A DNA stretch of 64,000 nucleotides from a virus, in IMG/VR virus record IMGVR_UViG_3300002092_001548, positions 1 to 64,000 of that record. One strand, given 5' to 3'. How positions within the stretch are numbered: position 1 is the stretch's first letter; each line of letters opens with the position of its first letter. Shown here one piece after another: positions 54,001 to 64,000 of this stretch. A program made the translations under genes and the position numbers. The notes beneath the pieces were generated by a model that did not search any database, had not been told where the DNA came from, and was given only the letters and a program-made list of their open reading frames with translations.

Positions 54001-56908
54001 AAATTCTATTTTAAAAGCTGAATATACAAAAGAAGTAGAAGCACTACAAAAAGTACAAACCTCTCTAAATCAAGCTTCTGCTAAATTAGCAAATCCAAGT
54101 TTAAGTACGAAAGCATCGGTTGCTAGTGGTGCTTTTGGTCAGCAGGCTGCATTGGGTTTAACTTTTCTTGGGCCAATTCTTGCGCAAACAGTGGCGGCGG
54201 GTATCGATAAGACAACAAAATCTGGAAGAACTGACGCGGCAGTAGTTAAGGGTCTCGGAGATGTTGCTGCATATGCTGGTACTGGAGCTATGCTTGGGGG
54301 CGCACCGGGTGCCGTAGTTGGTGCTCTTATTGGGTCTTTCAGTGCGCTTAATGACGTAGTTAAAGAAATGAGCACGGATCTTCCTGAAGCAATGGCTAAA
54401 ACTAAAAAGGCATCAGAGGAAAAGACACAAACGCTTAATCAACAAAATACAGTAATGCCCTTACTAGAACAAATTCAAGATATTAGGAAGGGTGCTGGTG
54501 GAGTAGCTGGAACACAGCCAGAAATGGAAATTCGGAAAAAAGTTGATGAGGCTTTGGCTGGTAATGGTACTATGAGAGCTAATGTTGTTGCTAGTGATTA
54601 TAATTTTGATAATGTTAAAAACATATTTATTCAAGATGCAACTATTAAAGCTGATAATTTAAAACAAGCCCAATATGAGCAAACATTAACTGCTAGTTCA
54701 GAAAAAAGTAAAAATAAAGATTTTATTAGTTTTGGGAAGGACTTCAACACCGGTGGCGTAGCGCAGCTTAAGGTTGGAGTAGCAGATAAGGCAGAAAGTT
54801 TGCCGGTACTAGGAAATGTCGCTAAATTGGCAGAAGCGTTTAATTACGGCCCTTTCAGTGGCACGGCGGGAGCACGTCGCGCATTGAATGAAAAACAATC
54901 AAAAGCATCTGTTGAAACTGGGGAGAGTATTGGTGAACATATCATGTCTTCCATGAAGACTTTAGATGAAAAAAGTTTAATGGAAAAAGTGGAAGAAATA
55001 TCTAAGGCTAAAAATTTAACACAGTTATCTGCAGTTAGTGGTAGTGGTGTGTCTGGTGAAGAGCTGTATCGCCTTAACCAATCAGGTGTAAAAGATACGG
55101 ATGTTATTAATGGTGTTATAGATGCTTTCGGGAAGGCTGTGGTTTCTGCGAGAAATGCCGTCGCAAAAGCAAAGGAATTCGATGACGAGTTTGGCCCAAT
55201 CACCGCAATTCTTAAAAATAATAAAACTGCCCTAGACTCTGCTCTTAATGACTTCTCTAAATCATTGAAAATTGGTGCGGATCAAGTAAAATTTTCTGGA
55301 GAATTTTCTCGTGGACGGTCTGAGGCGAAAGAAAATTTTTACGAACAAACTGGGTTTTTGGGTTCCGCAAAAAAATTAGGAATTAGCAATACCTATAATG
55401 GTGTTATGGGTAAAGCTCACGATGAGAATGTTGCTGATATTGTTTCTTCTATTGCGGATGTTATTCCCCATATAACTGAAGGCATGAATATGGGGCCATC
55501 TACGTTTAGCAAGCCAGAGGCGGACGAGAAGGGGGTAAGACCTTCTGTGATTGGCGCGACTGTTGCGGATTTTAATAAAGCGGTTACTTCACAACAAGAA
55601 ATTACTGGTGGAGTAGGGGGTCTTGGTGACATGATTAGTGATATTTTAAGTAAAACAACCGCAACTAGAAATGTAAGTGGACTTGGAAATGTTAAGCAGT
55701 ACGATGTAGAGGGCGCTGTAAAGTCTTTTGAATCAAATCCTGCAATTGCTGGTATGAAAGCTAATGGAGATCAAAAGGAGTATGATAAATTGTTATCCGG
55801 ATTCAAGGGGAGTGTTGAAAGTGCAAATGATAAACTTATTGTTGCGCAGCGTGAGCTTGCAACACAAAGTGCAAAAAAGGTTGACGATTTAATTAAAGCT
55901 ACAATTGAAGGCTTTAACCGTTTTGGGGGTGGAATTCAATCTCTGCTTGATAATTCAAATCCAAATAAATCTGGAAATGATGTGTCTGATGCGGTTGGTA
56001 AACTAATGCTAACGGAAAATAGTAAGGGCGCTTCAAAAACAGATATTGCAAGGCAAGACTTGTCAGTTATCAAAAGTGTGAATACCATGATGGGTGGTAT
56101 TCCCGTATTTGATTCAAATAATCCAATATTTAAGGGACTCACTACGGGTACTCAAGAATCTTTAACAAAAAATTTAGACACGGCAGAGGCAAAGCTAAAA
56201 CAACAGGGACCGGGCGGAAAGCAAACAGTTATGGCCATGGAAGAGGAACTTTTAAAAACAACTGGTGCGGGCAATAGAAACGACGCGTTAAAAAGTATTG
56301 CTGAATTTCAATCTGTAAGGGCTACTGGTCTTAGAACAGATAATACTGATTTAGGTCAGAAGATGTATCAGAAACAAGTTGACGCTACAACCGCCAGATT
56401 AGAAAAATCTGGGCCAGAAGGTAAAGCAATGGCAGCGGCATACAAAGAATCCTCAAAAGCGGGATTAGACCCAACTACCGATGCTGTTTTGGGATTGAAA
56501 GTTAGTTATGATAGAATTGCGCAAAGCCAATTAGACGCTCTTAATAAGCTTACTGCAATAAATGATAAAAATATTGAAAGTAATCCTGAAAATAAAAAAT
56601 ATATGGAATCTAATTTAGATCCAGAAACTCAATCCTCATTTGATCGTATGAATAATCGCGCTAAAGTTAAAGGACAAATTGAAGAGCAGCAAGGCGGTAA
56701 TACACCAATTAATATTAATCCTTCCTTTACCATTAATCTTGCAAGTAATGCCCAAAACGTGCAGGCTAAAATGCCGGAATTTGAGAAGGATGTAAAGGGC
56801 GTAATACATAAACATTTTGGAGACCAAATGACTGCGGCGACAAATGTTGCAAAAAAAGACCCATCATTATATGGCGCGCCACAAACAAGTAAGCAATATA
56901 CAGCTTAA
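51026..56908 (+). CDS. tail tape measure protein
   Basis: 1960 aa, Ala/Gly-rich helical; TP901-type core (LPEAIGRVGSSAAQAGVSLDQL..IGNSFKTIFTRL). Confidence 0.88.
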   Translation: MATNAQINVTANTSGAQRAVEAIFKKDYNLNVNIKGGQPLGRITGDLSEFNKSMEAANARVIAFGASASVVYGIQKAFHSLVDSTVEVQKALNQIQVVLNVSNKDITQFGANLFNVAKQTGQSFETVAEAATLLSRQGLGMEETLKRTNDALVLSRITGMDAAKSVQALTAAVNSFTSQAVTASEVVNKFATVDTQFAIGAKDLPEAIGRVGSSAAQAGVSLDQLIALVTATQVATARGGAVIGNSFKTIFTRLDRPKTQALLESLGIGTTDENGKAKGTIELLQSLAGAYEGLSKTQKGQVAEKVGGVFQINILKAALADLNKEYSVYGNALRVSAGATDDAYKRNEALNQTYSAQLNALQLNAKQLSANVGEKLLGPSMSKLIGGANSLLGGINESDSNSVGAKIANGILSGLGQVLSGPGLALIGGVLLKLLVDFTKFAASGTKDLLGLNTATKEQADLQKSITAILSKDPSIYKQIETGAMSVNDVSKALLANLKLQTAELELQSKLSAEIASKVFAGGARVSGGVARVGKASGYIPNFASDEDMEEMHARMLGARNPRAKEGRGTIGGKRFLMNSEEDEIPNFGSNGDSAVIPRYAGGYVPNFAGRPAKRKRPSDISAAEKKEARRDAGPPIDLGFTNAISLIYGRKAGVSDATGTWEDKNTFQKYKLGFHKAGLKLPVNPKEANLEDRLLQSFIDETNNYIKILGSNTSIQNVSQFANTGSVNSMLGNIFETAVNYATGQNFIEREGGQVSGIDFPAPRDELRELFHNAPGQYEAKHNDSQNLTNDVVKKAITAGLVPIPRKSHASGYIPNFVDALHESISREIGAGAPKSGIYVKQYSELAGSDNPMGLGVFNSRDEGSPSKEKGAIRRKGYAAGYVPNFADDSVSSGGGDMRGATTAMSGELLSMVTMMAVGNKGIKKSYDEELDNRRKATAELITENEKELEIKRNAALKAVEDINTWTSLEAEARKSGIAADIEEAEMHVKQNSILKAEYTKEVEALQKVQTSLNQASAKLANPSLSTKASVASGAFGQQAALGLTFLGPILAQTVAAGIDKTTKSGRTDAAVVKGLGDVAAYAGTGAMLGGAPGAVVGALIGSFSALNDVVKEMSTDLPEAMAKTKKASEEKTQTLNQQNTVMPLLEQIQDIRKGAGGVAGTQPEMEIRKKVDEALAGNGTMRANVVASDYNFDNVKNIFIQDATIKADNLKQAQYEQTLTASSEKSKNKDFISFGKDFNTGGVAQLKVGVADKAESLPVLGNVAKLAEAFNYGPFSGTAGARRALNEKQSKASVETGESIGEHIMSSMKTLDEKSLMEKVEEISKAKNLTQLSAVSGSGVSGEELYRLNQSGVKDTDVINGVIDAFGKAVVSARNAVAKAKEFDDEFGPITAILKNNKTALDSALNDFSKSLKIGADQVKFSGEFSRGRSEAKENFYEQTGFLGSAKKLGISNTYNGVMGKAHDENVADIVSSIADVIPHITEGMNMGPSTFSKPEADEKGVRPSVIGATVADFNKAVTSQQEITGGVGGLGDMISDILSKTTATRNVSGLGNVKQYDVEGAVKSFESNPAIAGMKANGDQKEYDKLLSGFKGSVESANDKLIVAQRELATQSAKKVDDLIKATIEGFNRFGGGIQSLLDNSNPNKSGNDVSDAVGKLMLTENSKGASKTDIARQDLSVIKSVNTMMGGIPVFDSNNPIFKGLTTGTQESLTKNLDTAEAKLKQQGPGGKQTVMAMEEELLKTTGAGNRNDALKSIAEFQSVRATGLRTDNTDLGQKMYQKQVDATTARLEKSGPEGKAMAAAYKESSKAGLDPTTDAVLGLKVSYDRIAQSQLDALNKLTAINDKNIESNPENKKYMESNLDPETQSSFDRMNNRAKVKGQIEEQQGGNTPININPSFTINLASNAQNVQAKMPEFEKDVKGVIHKHFGDQMTAATNVAKKDPSLYGAPQTSKQYTA

Positions 56909-56914
56909 TAACAT

Positions 56915-58558
56915 ATGGATTTCTCAAATGCTACATTAATAACTTCCAATTGGAAGAATCAGTTTCTTGGCGAAACAACTAGATATAAATCTATTCGTGA
57001 AATAAGTATAGAGGGATTGGTTCTTAATCTAACAAATACAGATGGGGCGAATGGAATTTTGGCCGCAACTACCCTTCTAGAAAGTGGTGCTCGCAACTGG
57101 GATCAAATTATTATTAATGGCTATAATTTTGGTTCTGGTATTGTTGACTCTTTTTCGTTTCCAGAGGGTAGGGATGTCCAGACAAAAACATATAACGCTA
57201 CAATAAAAATTCCACAATCTGGAGACTTTAGTTCTCTATCTTTAGCTTCGGGATATTCGGGTTTATCTTATAATTATTTTCAATATCTTGATGGCTTTTC
57301 TGAAACTAGTAATTTTAATAGGGGAATACAAAAAGAAGATTATTCTCAAAGTATTAAGTTTAGTTTAAAGGGGCCTTATACATTAAGTGGTGTTACTGCG
57401 GCACAGGCTATTGCCACTAGCTTCTTTAATAATAATTATCTTAATAATGTCTTAGGAACAAAGTATTCTGACAATACAGTTAAAAAATTCTATTCTGAAA
57501 GCTATGATTCAATTAATAATACTTTTGACTTTGCTAGGAATTTTGAAATAAGTACTGGTTCTAATTTGCAATATTCATTGTATCGTTCGCATACCTTAGG
57601 ATTTGATGCGGGTGGGGTTTCAAGAGTAACAGAGAAGGCTGATTATCTTGGGCATACAACTGTTCCATTTATTACTGTTTCACAACAGGCATTAGCTGAT
57701 ATGTCGGGTGCTTATGCAAGATGTACTGGTTTTTTTGGTGCCTACCAACAGAATGGTGAGGCTTCTTTATTAAGTCAGCCAATTGTTAAATCTGTTTCTA
57801 CCAATCCATTTAAAGCTACATTAGGCTATACGATGCAGTTTTCCAACTCTTTTAGTGTTCAATCTAGTGCATTTTGGGATTATACTATTGATATTAATGA
57901 ATCTCAGGGCGGTGTATTTACAGCAACAGAACAGGGCAATATTATTGGGTTTGGTCATATAGCAACGCCAGTTAGTCCAAAATATAATAATGCCTTAAAT
58001 TTTTGGCAGAATACAGTTAAAACTGGGGTTTCCGGCCGGGCCTCTAGTAGTTCATATTATACACCTTTTCCGTTATCTCAAAGTAAAACAATGAGGTTGG
58101 TAAATGACTCTCTTGTGCTAAATCAAATTGAGGGTAAAATAGATTATACTCAAAAGTTTTCAAATCAAGATTCAGTTTTATCAGCTACAGATATAAGAAA
58201 AGCCCTTGTAACAATTAGCTCTGAAAATACAAGGGGTTTAGTCAGTTATTTTAGTGTTCCAAACTATAAAGAAATTGCGCAAATTCAACCAAACGTAATT
58301 CCTAATTTAACTAACTATAGTGTTGCTCTAAATGGCCGTTCGGACGTTTCTATTTCAACATATTTATCAAAAGCCAGATCTTATCTTCCGGTTGGTTTTG
58401 GTGGGGGGTCTACACGCTCATCTTATGGACAGTATACTCCGCCCTCTGGTACGGTTGGTGCATCGGGGTATTGGTCGGATGCTAGTTATTCTTATAATCC
58501 CTTTGATAGAAGTTTTTCCCTAAATGCAACAATTACCTCTCTTCCTACCCGTAGTTAA
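56915..58558 (+). CDS. tail tip/baseplate structural protein
   Basis: beta-rich 547 aa after the tape measure. Confidence 0.6.
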   Translation: MDFSNATLITSNWKNQFLGETTRYKSIREISIEGLVLNLTNTDGANGILAATTLLESGARNWDQIIINGYNFGSGIVDSFSFPEGRDVQTKTYNATIKIPQSGDFSSLSLASGYSGLSYNYFQYLDGFSETSNFNRGIQKEDYSQSIKFSLKGPYTLSGVTAAQAIATSFFNNNYLNNVLGTKYSDNTVKKFYSESYDSINNTFDFARNFEISTGSNLQYSLYRSHTLGFDAGGVSRVTEKADYLGHTTVPFITVSQQALADMSGAYARCTGFFGAYQQNGEASLLSQPIVKSVSTNPFKATLGYTMQFSNSFSVQSSAFWDYTIDINESQGGVFTATEQGNIIGFGHIATPVSPKYNNALNFWQNTVKTGVSGRASSSSYYTPFPLSQSKTMRLVNDSLVLNQIEGKIDYTQKFSNQDSVLSATDIRKALVTISSENTRGLVSYFSVPNYKEIAQIQPNVIPNLTNYSVALNGRSDVSISTYLSKARSYLPVGFGGGSTRSSYGQYTPPSGTVGASGYWSDASYSYNPFDRSFSLNATITSLPTRS

Positions 58559-58580
58559 AGTGTAAAGTAAGAAGGTACTT

Positions 58581-60212
58581 ATGGTAAAGGTTTTATATAA
58601 TGGAATTGACGCTTTTGCGGCGAATGGTGCACAAACGCCATTTATCGCTATGTCTGATCAGATGATTAACTATGGTCAAAGATGGGGTGTGGCTAAAAAT
58701 ATTACCTTAAATGGTATGATTACTGGAAGCGCCTGTGGGTCTGGAGCGTATCTTTCTCTATTATCTAGTCAAACTGGAATTGTGGGCGCATTTTCACAAG
58801 ACTTTAAACCTTTAGTTATTCAAGATGGAGATGCAGTTTCTCTAAGTGGAAATTATATTAGGGTTAACTCTTTAGATTTTGATAAATCACCCTATTTTAG
58901 CGCGCTAAATTTTAAAATTGACTTAACTTATTATCCTCCAGAATTATTTACTGGAACATATGGAGTTACTGCGCCCGTATCAACAATAAAATATACGGAA
59001 CAACCTGATCGTACAGTTAATATTACTAGATCTTTTTCAGCAAAGGGTTTTAATACTGCTATTAATGGTCAAAATAATGCTCTAAATAATGCAATAAATT
59101 ATGTACAGTCCCTAACTGGTACTAATAATATTATATCTCCAGCTTTTATTCCCCTATTCGCCGCATCTGCAAATCCAAATGCGATTGCGTCTTCTAGTAT
59201 TTTACCAAGAAAAATTTCGGAAACAGTAAACCGAATGGACTCAACATATTCTGTTAATATTGATTATACATTAAGAGAAAATGCCCAAACATCAACTGTT
59301 CTGGGGTACACGGTTGACATAAACTATGATGAACAGCAGGGTTTTTATACCGTATCTTTTCATGGTACTTTAAATGGAACTCAATCAGAATCAATAGAGA
59401 GATTAAGACAAGAGTTTGCGCTATTGAATGTTTATCAGTTGACATATTATATATTTAATAACGCAACTCAATATCCATCTTTAAATCCAAATCCTCAATC
59501 CGTTAGTGTTAATGAAAATGAGCAAGATAACTTAATTGACTTTTCTTATACATACACAACAGACCCACAAACTGTAAAGTTTGATTATACAGTAACTTTA
59601 GATGGAGATAATCTCTCAGATAAAACTACAGTTGATTTTAACGGTACACTTACAGCAAAAGGCCCCCAAGCATTAAGGTTAGCCCAGTTAGAGTCACAAT
59701 TAGCAAATTTAAACGTTACTAACTTATGTCAGGTTGCTTATAACACAAATGCAAACAGCCCGGCCGTGATGAATCCTATCCCCAAGAAGTATAATATTAA
59801 AAGAAATTTGACAAATAATAATAATTCCTATAATATAAGTGCTAGCTTTGATAATTCTCCAATACCGCCGATTGCTGGGCTCAAGGCTTTTACTTGGGCA
59901 ATAGATGTAACGCCATCGCTTTTTGCCTATTATCCTATACAATTTTTAAATGGTGATAATGGATTATTTAATATGAACTACTATAAGCGTGGAAAAATAT
60001 CTATGAAGGGAAGTGCGCTTGCCGCAGATAATTCTGATTATAGTCAACAAATACTGTCACAAGCATTAAATATTTTTAATAACTATGCCGCATCTTTTTC
60101 TAATCGGGTTAGAGTAGAAAGCAAGATTACTAGAGATCAGTTTGCTGATGAAAATGGGTATAAATATAGCTTTGTGCTAACTGACACTTGCGAAACCCCA
60201 ATATTCTCATAA
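58581..60212 (+). CDS. tail tip/baseplate structural protein
   Basis: beta-rich 543 aa, similar in size and composition to the previous gene. Confidence 0.6.
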   Translation: MVKVLYNGIDAFAANGAQTPFIAMSDQMINYGQRWGVAKNITLNGMITGSACGSGAYLSLLSSQTGIVGAFSQDFKPLVIQDGDAVSLSGNYIRVNSLDFDKSPYFSALNFKIDLTYYPPELFTGTYGVTAPVSTIKYTEQPDRTVNITRSFSAKGFNTAINGQNNALNNAINYVQSLTGTNNIISPAFIPLFAASANPNAIASSSILPRKISETVNRMDSTYSVNIDYTLRENAQTSTVLGYTVDINYDEQQGFYTVSFHGTLNGTQSESIERLRQEFALLNVYQLTYYIFNNATQYPSLNPNPQSVSVNENEQDNLIDFSYTYTTDPQTVKFDYTVTLDGDNLSDKTTVDFNGTLTAKGPQALRLAQLESQLANLNVTNLCQVAYNTNANSPAVMNPIPKKYNIKRNLTNNNNSYNISASFDNSPIPPIAGLKAFTWAIDVTPSLFAYYPIQFLNGDNGLFNMNYYKRGKISMKGSALAADNSDYSQQILSQALNIFNNYAASFSNRVRVESKITRDQFADENGYKYSFVLTDTCETPIFS

Positions 60213-60216
60213 TACA

Positions 60217-62004
60217 ATGGCTGGAAATTCTGTACCATATTTTTTAAATTTATATAACGTTCTAAGCGGCGCGCTAGATATTTATTATGATTTTAAAACA
60301 ACTGGTACTTATATTACAAACATTACTGGGTCTAATTTAACTGGACAATTATCTAATACTAATTATAGTAGCTTCTGGCAAAATTCTGGAAGTGGTTATT
60401 TTTCTGGAACTTATGTATCAATTAATACATCTGGAGTTTCTGGCCTTAATTTAAGTAATACCACGTACTTAACTGTTTATCAAAAAACTACGCCATCTGA
60501 TGGTCTTTTAATTTCTACCGCATATACCGGAGTTGATCCTGTATTTGGTAAATATACCGGAGGGTTTGATTTTGGAGTAACAGCTAATAATTATTTATAT
60601 TTTAATTACTACGTTACTGGACAGACCCAAACATTTACTTCAGACGTTCCGTTGCCAGATAAGGTTTCCGCTTTCGTGACATTACAAAATAATTTAGTAT
60701 CTTTTGGTAATTATGATTATTATGCACAGCAATTTAATTCTGTTAATTATCCTATAAATTCTAACTACTTATTTAATCCTAGTGGTATTTATTTGGGCGC
60801 AAACCCTATAATGAATAATTCACGCCCATTTACTGGTTATATAGATGAGTTTTTGGTTTTTAGTCCTTCGGTATATCCTTCTTTAATAAAATATATTAAT
60901 AGCGGTTTTGCATATGACTATTCAGTCTTGACTTCCGGGCCGCTATCTGGACAATTCACTGGAGTTACTGGGACACAGGTTTATGTGACTGGATATTATA
61001 CAAATGTAACGGGTTATAATGTAATACCAACAGGTGTTATATATGATTATTTTGGTAATCAATATACAGGGGTTCAAGTTGTTCCATTAAGTTTAACTGT
61101 ATCTGGAACTGGATTACAACAATTAACTGGGGTAACAAGCCAGATTACGGGCTATTCTTCTGTAACAGCTTCTCTTTTTTATAATACTGGATATGTTGGT
61201 ACTTTTGGGAAGAGTACTATTAACTTATTATCTCCAATAATTAGTGGAGATGTTGTAGATATTAATTTGCCCACAAATGGTTATCCATTTGGTTATGAAA
61301 ATAATTTACGGTTGAGTTATAATACTATTAATGGTGGTTGTTTTAGTAACACATATTTAAAAAGTAATCCTAATTTAAATTATATAGTTTTTCAAAATGG
61401 TCTGACACTAAATTCTGGAGCTTATAGTGTAACAGGAACAGTTGGCAATAGTGGCATACGGTTCTCTAATGATTATTACATTGATCAAAAGAATAATATT
61501 TTCCTTGCAAATGGTTTTAATGGGCTTACAGATAATATTTCAGTTGCTTACGCAGATACATTTACTGGAGTTTATAATTCTGGTTTATATATACAAAATT
61601 TTAATATAAATAGTTTGGGTGGATCATCTGGTACTTATATATTACCTTGGAATGCTTCTTCGTATAATATATTTTATAATGGGCAAAAATTAATTAGTGG
61701 ATTGCAATATGGAATTACTGGTGGCGGCTCATCTATTTATTTTAAGACGGGTAATATTTTTGATAATAATTCTGGACAGCTTTTTGCACTACCCAGAAAC
61801 TTCCAGACTGAAATAACTGGTGGCACGCAAACATTCTATAATTTACCCATATTTTATGATAATTTTTCAGAAGTTTATAAGAATGGCCAACGCCTAGCCG
61901 TCGAGCAAGATTATTTAGAACTCGGCCAATATGACATTAACTCTGGTCAGGGTATTTTTGATACTAAACCTTATTTATTGTATAATAATAGTGATCTTTT
62001 CTAG
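60217..62004 (+). CDS. tail-associated protein with LamG/concanavalin-like domain
   Basis: YYDF..IYLGA..FTGYIDEFLVF pattern; TG-rich segments. Confidence 0.6.
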   Translation: MAGNSVPYFLNLYNVLSGALDIYYDFKTTGTYITNITGSNLTGQLSNTNYSSFWQNSGSGYFSGTYVSINTSGVSGLNLSNTTYLTVYQKTTPSDGLLISTAYTGVDPVFGKYTGGFDFGVTANNYLYFNYYVTGQTQTFTSDVPLPDKVSAFVTLQNNLVSFGNYDYYAQQFNSVNYPINSNYLFNPSGIYLGANPIMNNSRPFTGYIDEFLVFSPSVYPSLIKYINSGFAYDYSVLTSGPLSGQFTGVTGTQVYVTGYYTNVTGYNVIPTGVIYDYFGNQYTGVQVVPLSLTVSGTGLQQLTGVTSQITGYSSVTASLFYNTGYVGTFGKSTINLLSPIISGDVVDINLPTNGYPFGYENNLRLSYNTINGGCFSNTYLKSNPNLNYIVFQNGLTLNSGAYSVTGTVGNSGIRFSNDYYIDQKNNIFLANGFNGLTDNISVAYADTFTGVYNSGLYIQNFNINSLGGSSGTYILPWNASSYNIFYNGQKLISGLQYGITGGGSSIYFKTGNIFDNNSGQLFALPRNFQTEITGGTQTFYNLPIFYDNFSEVYKNGQRLAVEQDYLELGQYDINSGQGIFDTKPYLLYNNSDLF

Positions 62005-62016
62005 CAATAATATATT

Positions 62017-64000
62017 ATGAATCAAGGCTTTGTAACTATACCTCAAATTAATGGAGAATTTTTTAATGCTTTGCCCTATTCGGTAAATTGGAATTTTAAT
62101 GATGGGACTAGCCCGTCTACATTAACGGTTAATCTCATTAGAGAGGATGGGGTTTATGATGTTGGTGGTATCGAAGCGTCTCTTGGGTATTCAAGAATTT
62201 ATAATATTTCTATAGGCAATGGTTTTAATTTTGTTGGGTATTTAACAGATTATTCTATAGAAAAAACGCCTGAACAAAAATTATTAACATTAGAATATAC
62301 AGATTTGGGCGCAGATTTAGATAGATATTATGTTGGATTAAATAAAAAGTATGGCAATAAGTCTAATAATTTATCGCCTAATTTAATTCTTGTTGGTAAA
62401 GAGTATCATCCATGTGATCCAAATTTAGATTCTAGCGTACCATATAGCTCTACTGCTGGGCTGGCAGTTGATCCGTGTGATCCTTGTCCGTTTATGCCTA
62501 AAGATAAATATAAGTTGGCATGTGACCCCGGTATGGCTAGTTTTAATATTTACGAAGTTTTTTATACATTTAATGAGTTGATAACTCAACTGCCAATTGC
62601 GGCAGACTCCAGTGGAATAATAGTAGATAATCAATTTAGAGCCCAGCATGTTGGAAAATTAAAGGATGTGCTGAGTGCATGGTGTTCTGCTTTAGGGTAT
62701 GCTTATTACTGGGATCCACTTCGGAATCAGTTAATTTTTATAAATCGAAGGTTACCCATTTCAATTCCAGATCCAAATTATACCCAACAAGCAAATGCTA
62801 GTATTATTGATTTTAAATATGGAGCAACGGTAAAGTCTACGTATTCCAGAGGATTTTTAGGATATTTTTCAAAAGAAGGGGCGGTTCATGATTATACATG
62901 CGCTCTAGATCCGTATGATAGTTTTGTGGATACGAAACCACTTACACTGCTAGATATAATTGATACTTCTGATGGTGGAACTGAATTCTCTGGTGGTGGA
63001 TATACTTATGCAGATAAAGTTCAAATTACTACAGCGCTATCTTATTATAGTAGGGCATTAAGGGACTCTTGGTTATGGTTTGAGTATTGGGGTATTACAG
63101 ATGATAGTTCCGCACAACAAGCAGCAGGAAAAACTTTGACAGATTTTGGTAATATGGTTATTAAGGATGTTTTTTCTCCAAATGCAAAATCCAATGTTTA
63201 TGTAAGGCTAACCTCTCCTGACGTTTTAAGCATAGCACAATTAACTTCGCTAGCTGGTAAAAATTTTTATTTTATTGTTGCAAAACAAGATGATGATCTT
63301 GCAGAGAAGCAATTTCACAATGTCGAGGGTGTTGCAAAAGGATTTTTAGGAAAATATTGGTATGCCTATTATAACACTCCTATTCCCGGTGGTTCAAATG
63401 ATAAATCAAATATTACTGCTGAAACGGCAGACGGAGGAAGCGCTGAGTGGCATTTAGCCGGAACAAATATTACATCTCTTCCTATTTTTGGTTTTGGGTA
63501 TAAACCATCGGGTAACTCTAAATTAGGACAGTTTGCAAAACAAGTGGCTGCTGATGAATCTGCTAATAATAATACAATTCAAAATCTGCAATCTCAGGGG
63601 GGAAATAACCAAACCGGGCCGCAAGATATCGCACTTACATCTTTTATTTTAGCCCAAAGAGATGCGAAGTGGTCTCCATCCGATGATCAAATTAGTTGGT
63701 ATCAGTCATTATTTCAATGGAATCAAGATATGCTACCCAAGATAGTTGGGGTTGATGGGCGTCCAGATATTTTATTTGATCCAGATATTGCACCCTATGC
63801 CAAAACCGATACTTCAATAAAGTTATTTTTAGTGGTAGAGTATCCGGGTAATTATACATTTTCGCAATCTAACGCTCAACATCCGAATGAGTATACTTCT
63901 CCAAAAAAGAAAACAAAAGTAGAGCAAGATTCTTTGGGTAATCCTATTACACTTTATTATGGGAATTATGGGCTTCGTAATCCTACCACAACACAGATTA
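62017..64000 (+). CDS. tail/baseplate hub-like protein, 3'-truncated by window edge
   Basis: ATG 62017 (MNQGFVTIPQING..), frame appears open to the window end; GKLKDVLSAWCSALGYAYYWD. Confidence 0.6.
   Translation, partial: MNQGFVTIPQINGEFFNALPYSVNWNFNDGTSPSTLTVNLIREDGVYDVGGIEASLGYSRIYNISIGNGFNFVGYLTDYSIEKTPEQKLLTLEYTDLGADLDRYYVGLNKKYGNKSNNLSPNLILVGKEYHPCDPNLDSSVPYSSTAGLAVDPCDPCPFMPKDKYKLACDPGMASFNIYEVFYTFNELITQLPIAADSSGIIVDNQFRAQHVGKLKDVLSAWCSALGYAYYWDPLRNQLIFINRRLPISIPDPNYTQQANASIIDFKYGATVKSTYSRGFLGYFSKEGAVHDYTCALDPYDSFVDTKPLTLLDIIDTSDGGTEFSGGGYTYADKVQITTALSYYSRALRDSWLWFEYWGITDDSSAQQAAGKTLTDFGNMVIKDVFSPNAKSNVYVRLTSPDVLSIAQLTSLAGKNFYFIVAKQDDDLAEKQFHNVEGVAKGFLGKYWYAYYNTPIPGGSNDKSNITAETADGGSAEWHLAGTNITSLPIFGFGYKPSGNSKLGQFAKQVAADESANNNTIQNLQSQGGNNQTGPQDIALTSFILAQRDAKWSPSDDQISWYQSLFQWNQDMLPKIVGVDGRPDILFDPDIAPYAKTDTSIKLFLVVEYPGNYTFSQSNAQHPNEYTSPKKKTKVEQDSLGNPITLYYGNYGLRNPTTTQI

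Noticed and set aside
1-64000. Alternative genetic code (stop-codon reassignment)
   Set aside because: Large genes are intact under code 11, TAG, TGA and TAA all end genes at sensible boundaries, and no suppressor tRNA is seen.

Overview
This 64 kb window is part of a large tailed dsDNA phage genome (standard genetic code). The long tape measure and the absence of a recognisable sheath gene suggest a siphovirus-like tail. The host is probably a diderm, given the spanin-like lipoprotein, sigma70-type promoters and lack of obvious Shine-Dalgarno sites. Left part (1-24 kb) is an early/accessory region: RuvB-like ATPase, rIIA/rIIB, five tRNAs with an HNH gene, two HhH glycosylase-like genes, DUF932, GP88, a HAD protein and dozens of tiny, mostly minus-strand genes. 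Right part (24-64 kb) carries Hsp20, a metallophosphoesterase, PhoH, a sigma-like factor, an ERCC4 nuclease, terminase, portal, a lysis cassette, protease/scaffold, capsid, neck, duplicated tail-tube genes, tape measure and tail-tip genes. The most striking unexplained structure is a family of 14 intergenic elements (2.1-20.1 kb) that partition the early region into self-contained promoter-gene cassettes. Each has a 25-bp imperfect palindrome (TAAGTCGTTGAT-n-ATCAAGCACTTA type) next to a GC core (CCGGGCGGGGCCGGGCGCCG). Long copies add further 25-bp boxes at fixed 58-59 and 63 bp spacing, copies are mosaics of each other, and the polarity flips at about 10.5-10.9 kb. Other candidates: a 142-nt tRNA-mimic RNA, a long-arm tRNA(UAU), pervasive leaderless transcription, a GTGTAA late promoter motif, and a PD-(D/E)xK-like domain inside the tape measure. 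All protein calls come from reading motifs by eye; no database searches were run.
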